From the human T2T-CHM13v2.0 reference genome, Homo sapiens, in NCBI RefSeq assembly GCF_009914755.1, contig NC_060928.1: a stretch of DNA of 64,000 nucleotides; one strand, written 5' to 3'. The notes below the pieces were generated by a model. That model was given only the letters and a program-made list of their open reading frames with translations, did no database searches and had not been told where the DNA came from. The translations under genes and the position numbers were made by a program. The stretch's first letter is position 1, and every line of letters begins with the position of its first letter. This document shows, piece after piece, positions 11,996 to 25,300 of this stretch.

Positions 11996-13960
11996 CCAAG
12001 AATGATATATTCAGCAATTCTGTCCTTCAAAAATGAAAAGTAAGGTAAATAACTTTCTCAGGCAAACAAAACCTGACCTACCTTATAAAAACTAGACCTA
12101 CCTTACTAGACCTACCTTACAAAAACTGCTAAAGGGAGTTATTCAAGCTGAACAAAAAGGTTGCTAAGTAGCAACATAAAAACATAGAAAAATTTAAAAC
12201 TCACTTGTACATGTGAGTATATAATCAAACTCAGAACACTCAGGTTTTAATGATGGTATGAAAATCAGCTATATTGGCTGGGCACGGTGGCTCATGGCTG
12301 TAATCCCAGCACTTCGGGAGGCCGAGGCGGGCAGATCACGAGGTCAGGAGATCGAGGCCATCCTGGCTAACACGGTGAAACCCCGTCCTACTAAAATACA
12401 CAAAAAATTAGCCGGGCTTGGTGGTGGGCACTGTAGTCCCAGCTACTCAGGAGGCTGAGGCAGGATACTGGCGTGAACCTGGGAGGCAGAACTTGCAGTG
12501 AGCCCAGATCGAGCCACTGGGCGACAGAGTGAGATTCCATCTCAAAAAAAAAAAAAAAAAAGAAAGAAAGAAAGAAAGAAAATCAATTATATCTGTAGTA
12601 TGAAAGTTAAAAGGAAAAACTATTAGAAATATCTATAGCTACAATAAGTTGTTAGGGACACAAACTATAAAAGATATAAAACGTCATCAAAAACCAATTG
12701 TGAGGGGGAAGTAAAAGTGTAGAGTTTGTGCAAGTGATAAAAGTTGTTATTGGCCTAAAATAGCCTGTTTTAAATATAAGATATTTTATGTAAACCTCAT
12801 AGTAACCACAAAGCAAAAATAGTTAGTAGATACACAACAGATAAAAACAAAGGATTTAAATACTACCATAGAAAATTATCAAACCTCAAAGGAAGGCAGC
12901 AAGAGAAGAGAGAAGCAAAGCATCTACAAATTAACCAGAAAACCTTGAAGAAAATGGCAATAATAAGCCCTTATTTATGAATAATATTTTAATGCAAATG
13001 AATGAAATTATCCAATCCAAAGACATTAAGAGGCTGAATTAATTTTTAAAACCCAACTAAATGCTGCAGGAAAGACTGACTTTACCTCTAAGGACACATA
13101 TAAACTGAAAGTAAAGGGATAGAAAAAGACATTTTATGCAAAGGAAAACCAAATGACAGTGGAGGGAGCTATATTTATATCCGACAAAATAGAGTTTGCT
13201 TCAAAAACTGAAAAAAGAGAACAGGAAGTATATTATATAATGGTAACAGGGTCAATTCATCAAGAAGTTTTAACAATTATAAATATACATGCACTCAATA
13301 TTGGAGTAGCTAAAAATATAAAATATTAGGAGATCTGATGGAAGAGATAGACTGCAATAAGTAACAATAGGAGACTTCAATACCACACTTTAAACATTGG
13401 ACAAATTACTTAGACAAATACAACAAGGAAATTTTGGACTTGAAGTATGCTTTAGACAAAATGGACCTAACATATATTTATAGAACATTTCATCTAACAG
13501 CAACAGAATACACATTGCTCTCAAGTACACACAAAACATTCTCCAAGGTAGATCATATGTTAGGCTCCAAAACAAGTCTTAACAAACTTCAGAATATTGT
13601 AATCACATCAAATATCTTTTCTGACCAGAGTGGCATGAAACTAGAAATCAACAACAGGAAGAATTTTGGAAAACTCACAAATATGTGTAAATTAAGCAAC
13701 ATGATCCTGAACAAGCAATAGATCTAAGAAGTCATTAAAAGAGAAAGAAGTTAAAAGAGAAATTAGAAAGCATCTTGAGACAAAATTTGAAATACAACAT
13801 ACCGATGCTTGTAAGATACAGCAAAAGCAGTCCTGAGAGGGAAGCTTATAGCAATAAATGCTTATATCAAGAAAGAATAAATATCTCAAATAAACAGCCT
13901 AACAGAAAATTTCAAGAAACTAGAAAAAGAAGAGCAAAATAAGCCTAAACTTAGAAGAAG
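11996..13960 (+). mobile_element. Inverted 5' segment of the same L1MA (ORF1 end, inter-ORF, ORF2 endonuclease)
   Basis: ORF 13434-13721 LDKMDLTYIYRTFH..YTLLSSTHKTFSKVDHMLGSKTSLNK..SDQSGMKLEIN is the L1 APE endonuclease; segment ends where the minus-strand segment begins in L1 coordinates. Confidence 0.88.
12276..12577 (+). mobile_element. AluY-like SINE with short right-arm deletion
   Basis: gatcacgaggtcaggagatcgag..atcctggctaacacggtg and ggcgtgaacc diagnostics; A/GAAA tail; TSD gaaaatcagctatat / gaaaatcaattatat. Confidence 0.95.
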
Positions 13961-13964
13961 ATTT

Positions 13965-13968
<4 letters not shown>

Positions 13969-14008
<40 letters not shown>
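13969..14008. repeat. (TA)20 microsatellite
   Basis: Uninterrupted TA run read directly. Confidence 0.97.
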
Positions 14009-14012
<4 letters not shown>

Positions 14013-14096
14013 GTAAGACAAATTGGTTCTTATTTCTCACTGCACATAGCTGATATAATGCTAAGTATATAGGAAATTCAATAACATCTGGTCAAT

Positions 14097-14536
14097 TGTT
14101 GGGAGAGGCCATCTGCCATGGTCACTGAGCATTCCTGCTCATTCTTGGTGAGTATCTTAAGAATGAAAGGCTCTAACTGTTCTTTGCCCAAATTATTTGC
14201 TCAGCGTTGTCTTTAGAGCAAACCTCAGATGATGAAATAGCATCTCTCTCTGGACAAAGAGAGGTTTACTTCTGCTCATTAAAAAAGCAGTAAATCCTCC
14301 AAGATCAGGGTTCCTCTCCTGTAATGCAATCTACTGAACGTGAAGGTATCATTTAGGATCACCAGCACCATTCTTCCCTGTGGGACTCGAAGAACCTGGA
14401 GAACCAATGGAAATGAAAATGAAGGCCTGAGTAACAAAGTCCTTTTTAATTGATGCAGGAATCTAGTATATTTTGGCAGTATTCAGGAAACATTAACAAA
14501 TAGGGTAAAATCTCATACGCTGAACACTTTTTTATA
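14097..14536 (+). mobile_element. ERVL solo LTR (MER54/MER73/MER74 group)
   Basis: Starts tgttgggagaggc; internal ctctggacaaagag; ends gggtaaaatctcatac..tata; near-TSD tcaat/ccaat. Confidence 0.72.
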
Positions 14537-15543
14537 CCAATCAGGTAGCTAAAAGTGCAGGGAAGCATATAGGGAGAAAGCAGAAGAAATAATGGCAAAG
14601 ATAGATTATAGCTAAAATAAGTATCACGTGATAAATAATATAATTAAAATTAAATAGTGTTCATGTAAAATATACAATAGAACCCAGAATTCCATCTCTT
14701 GAATGCAAAATAACCATTAGAAAACCGTAAAGAGAGGTATAGACTGGTCAAAAAGGTTGGCTTGTAAATTCACCTTGTGATAATATGTTGAAGATTAGAA
14801 AGAATAATCTGGATGTGTAAATCATTAAGAAGACAATGCAAAAAAAAATCCTGATTTGATCAGGAAAAGAAAAAAGAAATGAAAAAAAAATTTCCTTAAA
14901 TAAAAGACCCCCAACATGAACACCAACAAAACACTTCATCAATTTGGATCAGTTCAAGTCAATTAAAAAACATGTGGTGAACACCCTCCTCTCTATACAA
15001 TGGAATATGCAAGAAGCTGTCCAATCTGCTGGGTTCCAGGAACTCAAGACTGGACTCTAGTGAAATGAGGGAAAATAAATTAGAAAAATAACACACAGGT
15101 CATGGCCCTGGAAAACAGCAAGTGCTGACTTGACTTGTTAGGAAGGTTAACACATTCAGAATTATGTACTTGAAAGTTTGGTTTTCATACAAAATTTACT
15201 AATGGAGATTGCCTAAGGAAATTTTTGGAAATGAGGTTATCATTTGAGACCTAAACTGAAATTACAGCAGAAATTTGAGAGCTATCTTTACCAGCAAACA
15301 GCTAAGGAATTAAAAAAAAAGGCAAAATAAACAAACCCAACCTCTTTAAGGAAGCAGATATAGAAATAGTGCAAAAGATCCAAGGCAGTTGATCTTGACA
15401 GATGTTGAGAGAATGGTCAGGGGTTGACAAAGAAGTAGAGTAAGAAGAAAAGAAGCAGGGGAAGAAGTAAAGGATTCTAGAGCATCCATAACCAAGATCA
15501 GTAAGGATGGAAAGAAGATGGTTAATCCTGTTTAATGTGGTTA

Positions 15544-16197
<654 letters not shown>

Positions 16198-16699
16198 ACA
16201 GGAAAATATATAAATAATCATTAAATTTGATGACGAGATTAGGAAGAAAGTTCTAAGAAATATATAATTCTACACAAATAGTTTCAGGTTAGTAAAAACA
16301 CTTGCTGTTGCAAAACTTGATTAGTAAAGGAGGAGATAACAGGGTATAAATCTCAGAACAGGAGAATAAGATTTCTAAGTAATTGGAATGAGATAAAGAT
16401 TTTCTTGCAATGGAAGATAGAAGTTGGATTGGAAAAAAATAATTTTCATTCCTAATGTTTTTAACTCCTATACTTTCTGTTGCGGCAGTAAATCCTATGA
16501 GGAAAAAAATGTAAACAATGTTCGAAGGGAGACATATTTAAAGATTAGTATGAATTATGAGAAAAATTAAGCAAAGGGAATACACTTCCTGAGCCAAAAT
16601 TAACATGGCAGTGATAAAATATTAAGGAAATTGATAGAAAAAAAGTATATAGAATTTGGCAAAATATATTAAATTTGTGTTAAATGGCAATATCTGGTA

Positions 16700-16890
16700 C
16701 TTTTTTAAACTTTGTATTTTGAAATAATATTGCACTTGATGAAGAGCTACAAAGACAGTACAAAGTATTCTTATATGCCCTTCACCCACTTGGCCCTAAT
16801 GTTACATTTTACAGAACCTTATACAAAATTAAGAAATTAATGTAGTATAATAAGTTAACTGATTTTGATTTCATCTGGTACATTTTCACG
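16700..16890 (-). mobile_element. L1MC/MD 3' end fragment
   Basis: aactttgtattttgaaataat..gagctacaaagacagtaca..atatgcccttcaccca..cctaatgttaca. Confidence 0.65.
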
Positions 16891-18504
16891 TTTCTGTGTT
16901 TTTTTCCTCTTACAAATTTATATGCAGACATGAAGGAAGAAGTGTCCATGGGAATGATCTAGAACTCAGCTGAGGGTTTGGTAACTTCTGTGGAGGGCCT
17001 CATCTATCATCCAGGCAGGCAAAGCTGACTATACGTTTACGTCTGTAGACTTAAATTGATAGCCGATAAGAGGTCATTGAAAATTGGGAGAGAAGTCAAG
17101 ATAATTAGAGAAAGATGTGGTCAGAAAGGAGGTGTTGAGAAGTGGAAATTTAGAAGAATGCCTAGAACCACACAGCAAGGCAAAATAAAGCATTTGAAAT
17201 ACTTAATATCTATATGTGACTTTTACATCTCTGTGGTCCAATTTAACTGTTTCTTTAAACAAATAAGGTGAAATTACCCATGATAACATCAAGAAAACTA
17301 TTTTTGTTTATTTTACTGATAGTTGACATAAAAAGCAATCTAATCATTTTAATGCTATAGACATTCTGTGGTTATAATCTCTTTTTACACATTTGCTTGA
17401 CAGGCTTGACAGTGTTTTGAAATCAGGATATCTATTATGAAGAATCTCCATAATGTGTTCTTTTATTGCCAAGGTTAACATTCTTCAGTGGGTACCACAC
17501 AAAAAACAGGTGTTCTGAAACTTCTGGAACTCTGTCACATTTGCATATTTTATAATAAATCAATGGTTTTCAAATTAATGATCTCAGTCATCAAGCTCTG
17601 TAGGTAAATGCCTTGTAGATTTCAACCTTCTTCCTAAATTTCTTATAAAGCCCCACTTGTGGACCAATCTTTCAAAAAGATAAAGTATGAAAAATGGGAA
17701 GTTAAAAAAACCTTCAGCTTTCAATATGCATTTATGTCAGTACATTTTATAAAGAAGCTCTTAGGAATTAACTCTGAGAGGCTGTACTAGAGTCCTTCAC
17801 GTGGCATATCTGATTATTGTGGATGTCAGGTTTTATTTCCATTATTTTTGGAAGCCAGCGTCCTGTGCTGCTTTGTAAATGATTCTTTTCAAGTATGACT
17901 TATATTGTTGGAGAAAAATATAAACAACAGTGAAATATGGGCCAAAGTGAATATTAATTTAAAAACTATAACCCTGGTTCTGAAATGAAGTAACTTTTTT
18001 GGCTAACATCTGCAGTTTTGCTAAGCTGTCTGCACTTAGAGTAAATGAGAAAAAAGAAGGAAAAAAAAAAAAAACAAGGGAAAACATTAGTGCTAGTAGG
18101 CACAACAATTTATGAGAGAAAGCAGAGAAAGAGGTGAGGTGTGTATGTTTCTCAATAGCTCAGTACTAATCTGGTCGATGAGCATTTCTTCCCCAATTGT
18201 GGTTTATTGGAGCATGTGGAGTCTTGATTGTTCTTTGGATCATGGCTTTGCTTTCCCCAGGACACCAATGCAGGCTTTCCTCTAAAAGCCTGCTGTGCCA
18301 CGAAGACTCTCACTGCCCTTGGAACAGGCCAAATTTGGTTCTGCATTTTCCCATAGAGTTCTGCTCAGTGTCCTGGAATTGAGCCACTAGGGAGAGTCCT
18401 AGGGGAGAAATTTTGTTGCCAAGGAAGATGTCACACAAGCTGTTTATTTACTTATGGGCTGAAGCCTTGCTCATGTAATTGAACAGATGCCTTCGAATCT
18501 CAGG

Positions 18505-18665
18505 TTTAATGCACTCTACAGTTTATCAAGTGCTTTTGTATTGTATGGACACATTAGCCTTCACAGTAAGTACCTTGTGAGGAGGCTATCACAGATATTT
18601 ATATTCCTAATTTTATAAATTAGGAAACTGGGGCTTGAAAGTGTTATTGATTTGTCAGGTCTTAT
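18505..18665 (-). mobile_element. MIR SINE
   Basis: cttcacag..ccttgtgagg..attcctaattttataaattaggaaactggggctt (antisense MIR core). Confidence 0.65.
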
Positions 18666-19876
18666 GTATTTTACCCCTCTCCCCCATACTCTTTCTATTA
18701 TACATTGTCCATTATAGATTTTTCCTTTATTTTCAATTAAGATATGAATATGTCTGTGACAGCTTCTGAACAACTTCATAATACATGTATTAAAATGCCC
18801 AGAAACACATTCTTTTTACACTATGCCCATGCAAATCAAATGTAGAAAGTGAAAATATATGCTTATCTTAAAACTTTGATATATAAATCCTATAAATTCT
18901 TTACCATTTCAATCATTAGCTTGTCTTCTAGAACTTTCCATGAATCTTTGAAATAATTTTGAGTCTGTTATAGATGTTTTCAATAACAGAAACCTTTTCA
19001 TTTGGTATTTTCCTCAGTGGTTTAAAATCTATTATGAAACGTAAATAGCAACAACACTTTTGTCAATGTTAAATAAGTATGGGTCACATTTTCAAATTTG
19101 AATACCTGTTATATTTCAAAAATATATATATTTATAAATATGAAAGTTGGGAAACACTGCACTCTGTGAAAACCCACATCCTGACACTAATGCATCTGTC
19201 TGCATATGCTCACAAGGGTACATTATAATAAATATCCCCAAACCACAAAGTTTCTGATTTAAGAAATCACTTTCAAATGCCCGCCATTTGCAAATATGTT
19301 TCTTGAAATATAATTTGGAATAATAAAATGATGGAGTTTTTAAAAATCAAAGAAGAAAGCAGGACTCCTTGAAATTTCTAAGGCTGTGTATGCACAGCAT
19401 ATGACTAAAATTTAGGCATGAGCCCTTTACCAGTTCATAAGATAAGCATTCAATTGATGAAATACCACTGAGAATTGTTCTCTCTGCAGTTGAAAACAGC
19501 CATGATGTCTGTTTCAATACCTTTAATATTGGGTCACCTGAGATACAGTGGGATTTTATGGATCTAATATGTTGCCTATAGTGAGTTTAACTGCAATATT
19601 TATTCCATGTACTTTGAGTTCAATAATTTCACTTCAGGCATGGAAAATCTCAGCAGAATACATTCAAGAGCCAGAACTTATTGCTATTGGAAAATAAATA
19701 TGTTTAAAATGCTTTAAAGAAATTAACTTCACATTTTAATATTTCTGCAGGATTAGAAAGAACAGAATACAAATGAATATGGCTTCAACAATACTTCAAG
19801 AAAATACTTAACATAGATCATAAATTCAAAATTTTCACAAGGCCCATGTAAGCTGAATAATAGAATAAAAAATGTA

Positions 19877-20551
19877 CAGTAGTCCCTCCTTATCCACTGT
19901 TTCACTTTCCATGGCTTTAGTTATCCACAGTCAACTGCAGTTCAAAATATTAAATGGAAAATTCCAGAAATAAACCATCAGTTTCACATTGCATGTCATT
20001 GCGAGTAGTGCCATACACTTTGTCCTGCCCAGGACGCAAATCATCCCTTTGTCCGGGATATCCACACCAGTCACTCCGTAGTTATCTGTTATCAGACTGT
20101 CAGGGTATTGCAGTGCTTGTGATAAGTAACCCTTATTTTCCTGAATGAAATAATCCTAAAGTACAAGAGTAGTGGTGCTAGCAATTTGGATATTCCAAGG
20201 AGAAGCTGTAAAATGCTTCCTTTAAGTGAAAAGGTGAAAGTTCTCAACTTAATAAGGAAAAAAATTATATGGTTAAGTTGCTAAGATCTGCAGTAAAAAC
20301 AAATCTAACTGCAAAATTGTGAAGGAAAAGCAAAATCTATGCTAGTTTTGCTGTCACACCTCATACTGCAAAAATTATAGCCACAGTGTATGATAAATTC
20401 TTAGTTAAGATGGAAAAGGCATTATATTTGTGGTGGAAGATGTGAACAGAAACATGATCCAATTGATGGAAATTAGGTTTGGTACTATCTGCAGTTTTAG
20501 GCAACCACTGAGGGTCTTGAAATATATCTCCAGGGATAAGGGGGACTCCTG
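19877..20551 (+). mobile_element. MER44 (Tigger7-derived non-autonomous DNA transposon)
   Basis: TIRs cagtagtccctccttatcc / ggataagggggactcctg flanked by TA on both sides. Confidence 0.9.
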
Positions 20552-20982
20552 TATAGAAAAAAAAAAATCACATTCCAATGTGAATACCTGACATTGCCTC
20601 AGTTGCAGTAGTCATTTGATATGAACATTTATTTAAATTAAATTTAAAGTTATTTGATAGGACAAGGGTGTTTCCACAACACTGGTGTCTATCTGGAGCA
20701 GTGGTATGAAAAGATAGATGATTCAAAATTTTTGAAAACCTCATCATTTACATGCCATAATTTTTGGAGTCTTGTTGAAAGACAATGTGTACCATGAGCT
20801 TAAGGAATTGTGAACTCCTAAAAAAGCAGCTGAGATATCTTTTGGAAGAGTTAATTAATGCTCCTTTAAAAAAATGGCACACTGATTTGTATATCATAGT
20901 TACCCATTAATATTTATTGAATAAAGGAACTGAAAAAAAGAGATAGGTAGTTGTGAGCCACCTGTATGACATAAAGTCATTA

Positions 20983-21444
<462 letters not shown>

Positions 21445-21889
21445 TCACTGATAATTGCAATATATTTCATCATTTAATCTTTTTAAAACAAAATTTTAAA
21501 GAGATAACCATTACTCCTGGTTTTTCCTTTTTAAGAAGCTTGGCTTTAGTAATTCAGTGGGTGTCCTCATGGCAGTTGTGTTTCGGGGCATTAATTTCCA
21601 ATTACCATGAAAAGATGTGTTTAAAATTATACTTTAGTATGAGTTGTTGCTTTATTAAAAATGTATTTTTTTTTAACAGACTCATAGTCAATATGGCAAT
21701 TCATCATATAGAGAAACATAATATTGGATTAGGCTGAGAGTACCACAGCCATTTGAAGAATTTTGGGAGGCAGGGGAATGGAATTGAAACTATGTGAACT
21801 TAAATAGAGGCTCATTGGAATTTAGGTCTAAAATTTGTATTCTAACCACAGACACATTACAATACATGCATGTTGAGAGGCTCATTGAT

Positions 21890-22041
21890 GAATAGGAAAA
21901 AAACAGTGCTCTACATGTCAGGGGTATCAGAATCCCTAACTTTGCATTAACAAGCTGGTTATTAATTTATATTATCTAGATCTGTTGCTTTATTTGTGTA
22001 ATGAAAGGATTGAACTGAGTGAGATCAAGTTCTGTGATTCT
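21890..22041 (+). mobile_element. MIR/MIR3 fragment
   Basis: tttatttgtgtaatgaaaggattgaactgag..tctgtgattct resembles a MIR core and tail. Confidence 0.45.
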
Positions 22042-22314
22042 CCTTATTTTTATATTTTTCAAATTTTCTAGGTTTATCAATTTAACTTATATCTTTTGTT
22101 TCCTTAAAGTGTTACATTCCATATTAATTTTATTGAAGAGAGTTATTGATAATCAAATTTAATCTTATCACAAAGTGTTCTCCTGAAAAATTTCACTAGT
22201 AGTATTATATTCTATGTTTTTCTAACAACTGTTGCTAGAAAACAACATCCATTCCTCCCCCTCTGTCATGCGCATATGCACATCCAAATACAGGAATTTA
22301 AAAATTGGAATTAT

Positions 22315-25300
22315 TGGAACCTGGGAGTGGAGAAAAATGGCATAGAAATGGAATAGAAAGCTCCACTGATTGTCACCTTCCCCACCAAGGACACCAATTT
22401 AACATTCTACATACAAAAAGTGCACCTTTGTAAGAATCAAAAATTAGTTGAGCACTCATAGTACCAAGTTTTAACTTCATATTGCTGAAAGAGGCACCAA
22501 AAAGGTAGGAAAAACACTCTTGACTCACTGACAACACCCCTCCCTCAATTCCCCACAGCAGCTATGTGGTGTGGAGAGCATTTCTGTGCCTGGAGAGAAG
22601 GAGAGACAGCAATTGTGAGGCATTGAACTCAGTGCTACCTTTGTTATAGCAGAAATTTTGCAAAACTGGACTAAACTCAGCTGATACCCACCCACAGAGG
22701 GTGCATTTAAACCAGAGGGGAATGGCCAATTCCAGTCATAAAGTGTGAGTTCTTGTAAGCCTTGCCACTGCGAGCTAAAGTTCTCTGAGGCCCCAAATAA
22801 ACCTGAAAGGCAGTGCAGGCCATAAAGACTGCAACATCTAGTCAAATCCTAGGGCTGAACTGGGCCTAGAGATTGTGGACTTGGAAGGTAGGGGGGATAC
22901 AACCTACTAAGACACAACCTGGGGCAGCCCCTTACCCCAGGCTGCACAGCTCACAGCTCCAAAAGAAATCCCTTCCTTCTGCTTGAGAAGAAGAGACAAA
23001 AGAGTGGAGAGGACTTTGTCTTGCATCTTGGATACCAGCTCAGCCACAGCAAGATAAGCCACCAGTCAGAGTCCTGAGGCTCCCTTTCCAGGCCTTAGCT
23101 CTTGGACATTTCTAGACATATCCTGAGCCAGAAGGGATCCCACTGCCTTGAAGGGAAGGACCCAGTCCTGGAAGGATTCATTACCAGCTAACTGAAAAGC
23201 CTGTGGACGCTGAGTAACTAGCAGTGATACCCAGATAGTATGTCAATGACCTTGGGTGAGGCTCTGAGACCTGATGGCCTCGGGTGAGGCTCAGCACATT
23301 CCCAGCTGTTGTGACCATGAGGCAATACTCCTCCTGCTTGAGAAAAGTGAAGGGAAAAGTAAAGGAGACTTTGTCTTGCACCATAGGTACCAGCTCAGCT
23401 ACAGAGGATAGAACACCAATGGGTCCCCAATTCCAGGACTTGGCTCATGAACAGCATTTCTGGGCATGTTCTGGTCCAAAGGGGAGTCCATTCCTTTGAA
23501 GGGTGAGTCCCAGGTCAGGCAGCATTCACCACACACTAACTGAAGAGCCCTTGAGCCTTATGGGAATATTGGTGGTAGTCTGGTAGTATTAAGCCCAAGG
23601 TGATGGTGGCTACACAGTAAGGCTCTTCTGCCTTTGGAAAGGAGAGGTAAGAGTGGGAAGAACTGTATCTTATGGTTTGAGTGCTAACACAGCTGAAGTA
23701 CAGTAGAATACCAGGTGGACATGTAAGGTTTTTGACTTTAGTCCCTGGGTCCCAGATAGCACCTCTGGACCTGCCAGGGGGACTGAGGGAACTCACTGCA
23801 CTGAAGGGAAGGACACAGAACTATCTGGCTTTGCACCTGGTGATTTTAGAGCTCCAGGGCTTTGAGTGAACATAGATGGTAGCCAGGGAGGGGTTACAGC
23901 AGGCCTTGGGTGAGATCCAGTGCTATACTGGCTTCAGGTCTGACGCAGCAGAGTCATAGTGGTGGTGGCCACTGGGGTGTTTCTTTCATTTCACCCCCAG
24001 CTTCTGGTTACTCAGAGCAGAGAGAGATTCCTTTTGTTTGGGAAAAAAGTAAAGGAATAGGACAAAAGTCTCTGCCTCATAATCCAAAAATTCTTCTGAA
24101 TGTTGTCCAAGACCATCAGGGTGGTACCTGTATGAGTCTGCAAGAACTACAACACTACTGGGTTTGGGGTTCCCCCTAAAACAGATAAAGCTGAGCTCAC
24201 AACAGCCAAGTCTTTTGGAATATTTAGAAAGCCTTCCCAAGAAGGAAAAACAAGGTAAAAACAAGCCCAGACTGCGAAGACTATAATAAATATCTAAGTT
24301 TTCAATGCCCAGACACAGATGAACATCTACAAGTATCAAGATGATCCAAGTTAACATGACATTACAAAATGAACTACATAAACCTCCAGGGACCAATCCT
24401 GGAGAAACAGAAATATGTGATCTTTCACACGGATAATTCAAAATAGTTTTTGGGGAAACTCCAGGAAATTCAAGATAATACAGAGATGGAATTAAGAATT
24501 CTACCAGATAAAAAAGAGATTGAAATCATTAAAAAGAATTAAGCAGAAGTTCTGGAGTTTAAAATTCAATGGACATATTGAAGAATGCATCAGAGTCTTT
24601 TAATAGCAGAATTGGTCAAGTAGAAGAAGTAATTAGTGAGAAAGAAAGTCACCTTCACTCAAAGGAAGAGAGGAAGGAAAGAGAGAAGGATGAGAAGACC
24701 ACACACACACACGTGCGCGCACGCACACACACACACACAAACACAGAAAACAAATAAAATGGAAGGAGTAAGTCCTTGTTTATCAACAATAACTTTATAA
24801 ATGAACTAAACTCTGCAGTCAAAAGACATAGAGTAGATAAATGGATTAAAAAGCAAGACCCATTAATCTGTTGCCTACAAGAAACACACTTCACCTATAA
24901 AGACACACATAGACTGAAAACAAAGGGAAGGAAAAATATATTCCATGCCAATGGAAACCAGAAAAGAGTAGGAGCCACTTTACTTGTATCAGAAAAATAG
25001 ATTTCAATGCCAAAAGTCTAAGAGGGATACAGAAAGGTCTAAATAATAACAAAGGGGTCAATTCAGCAAGAGGCCATACAAATTCTAAACAAATATGCAC
25101 CCAACATTGAAGCATACACATATATAAAGTGAACATTTTTAGAGCTAAAGAGAGAGACAGACTTCAACACAGTAACAGCTGGATATTTCAACACCCCACT
25201 TTCAACATTGAGCAGATCTTTCACACAAAATCAACCAAGAAACATAAGACTTTATCTGCACTATAGACCAAATGATTCTAACAGGTATTTACAGAACATT

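Noticed and set aside
14622-14633. Perfect 12-bp palindrome TATCACGTGATA (E-box); also TTCACGTGAA at 51561-51570
   Set aside because: Palindromes of this size are expected by chance in 64 kb; no supporting context.
16928-16980. Possible 53-bp exon (pyrimidine tract, cag acceptor, TTG|gtaact donor)
   Set aside because: Stop codons in all three frames, a weak donor and no partner exons; cannot be supported without RNA data.
18152-18382. Overlapping short ORFs, one with a signal-peptide-like hydrophobic N-terminus
   Set aside because: Non-ATG start, no promoter or exon context, and hydrophobic runs are common in T-rich DNA.
19014-19159. Possible hAT MITE (cagtggttt...gggaaacactg TIR-like ends)
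   Set aside because: No 8-bp TSD and the interior is not recognisable; too weak to call.
22900-23900. GC-richer internally repetitive stretch with several ORFs
   Set aside because: It is the tandemly repeated 5' UTR of the L1MA element, not a CpG island or gene.
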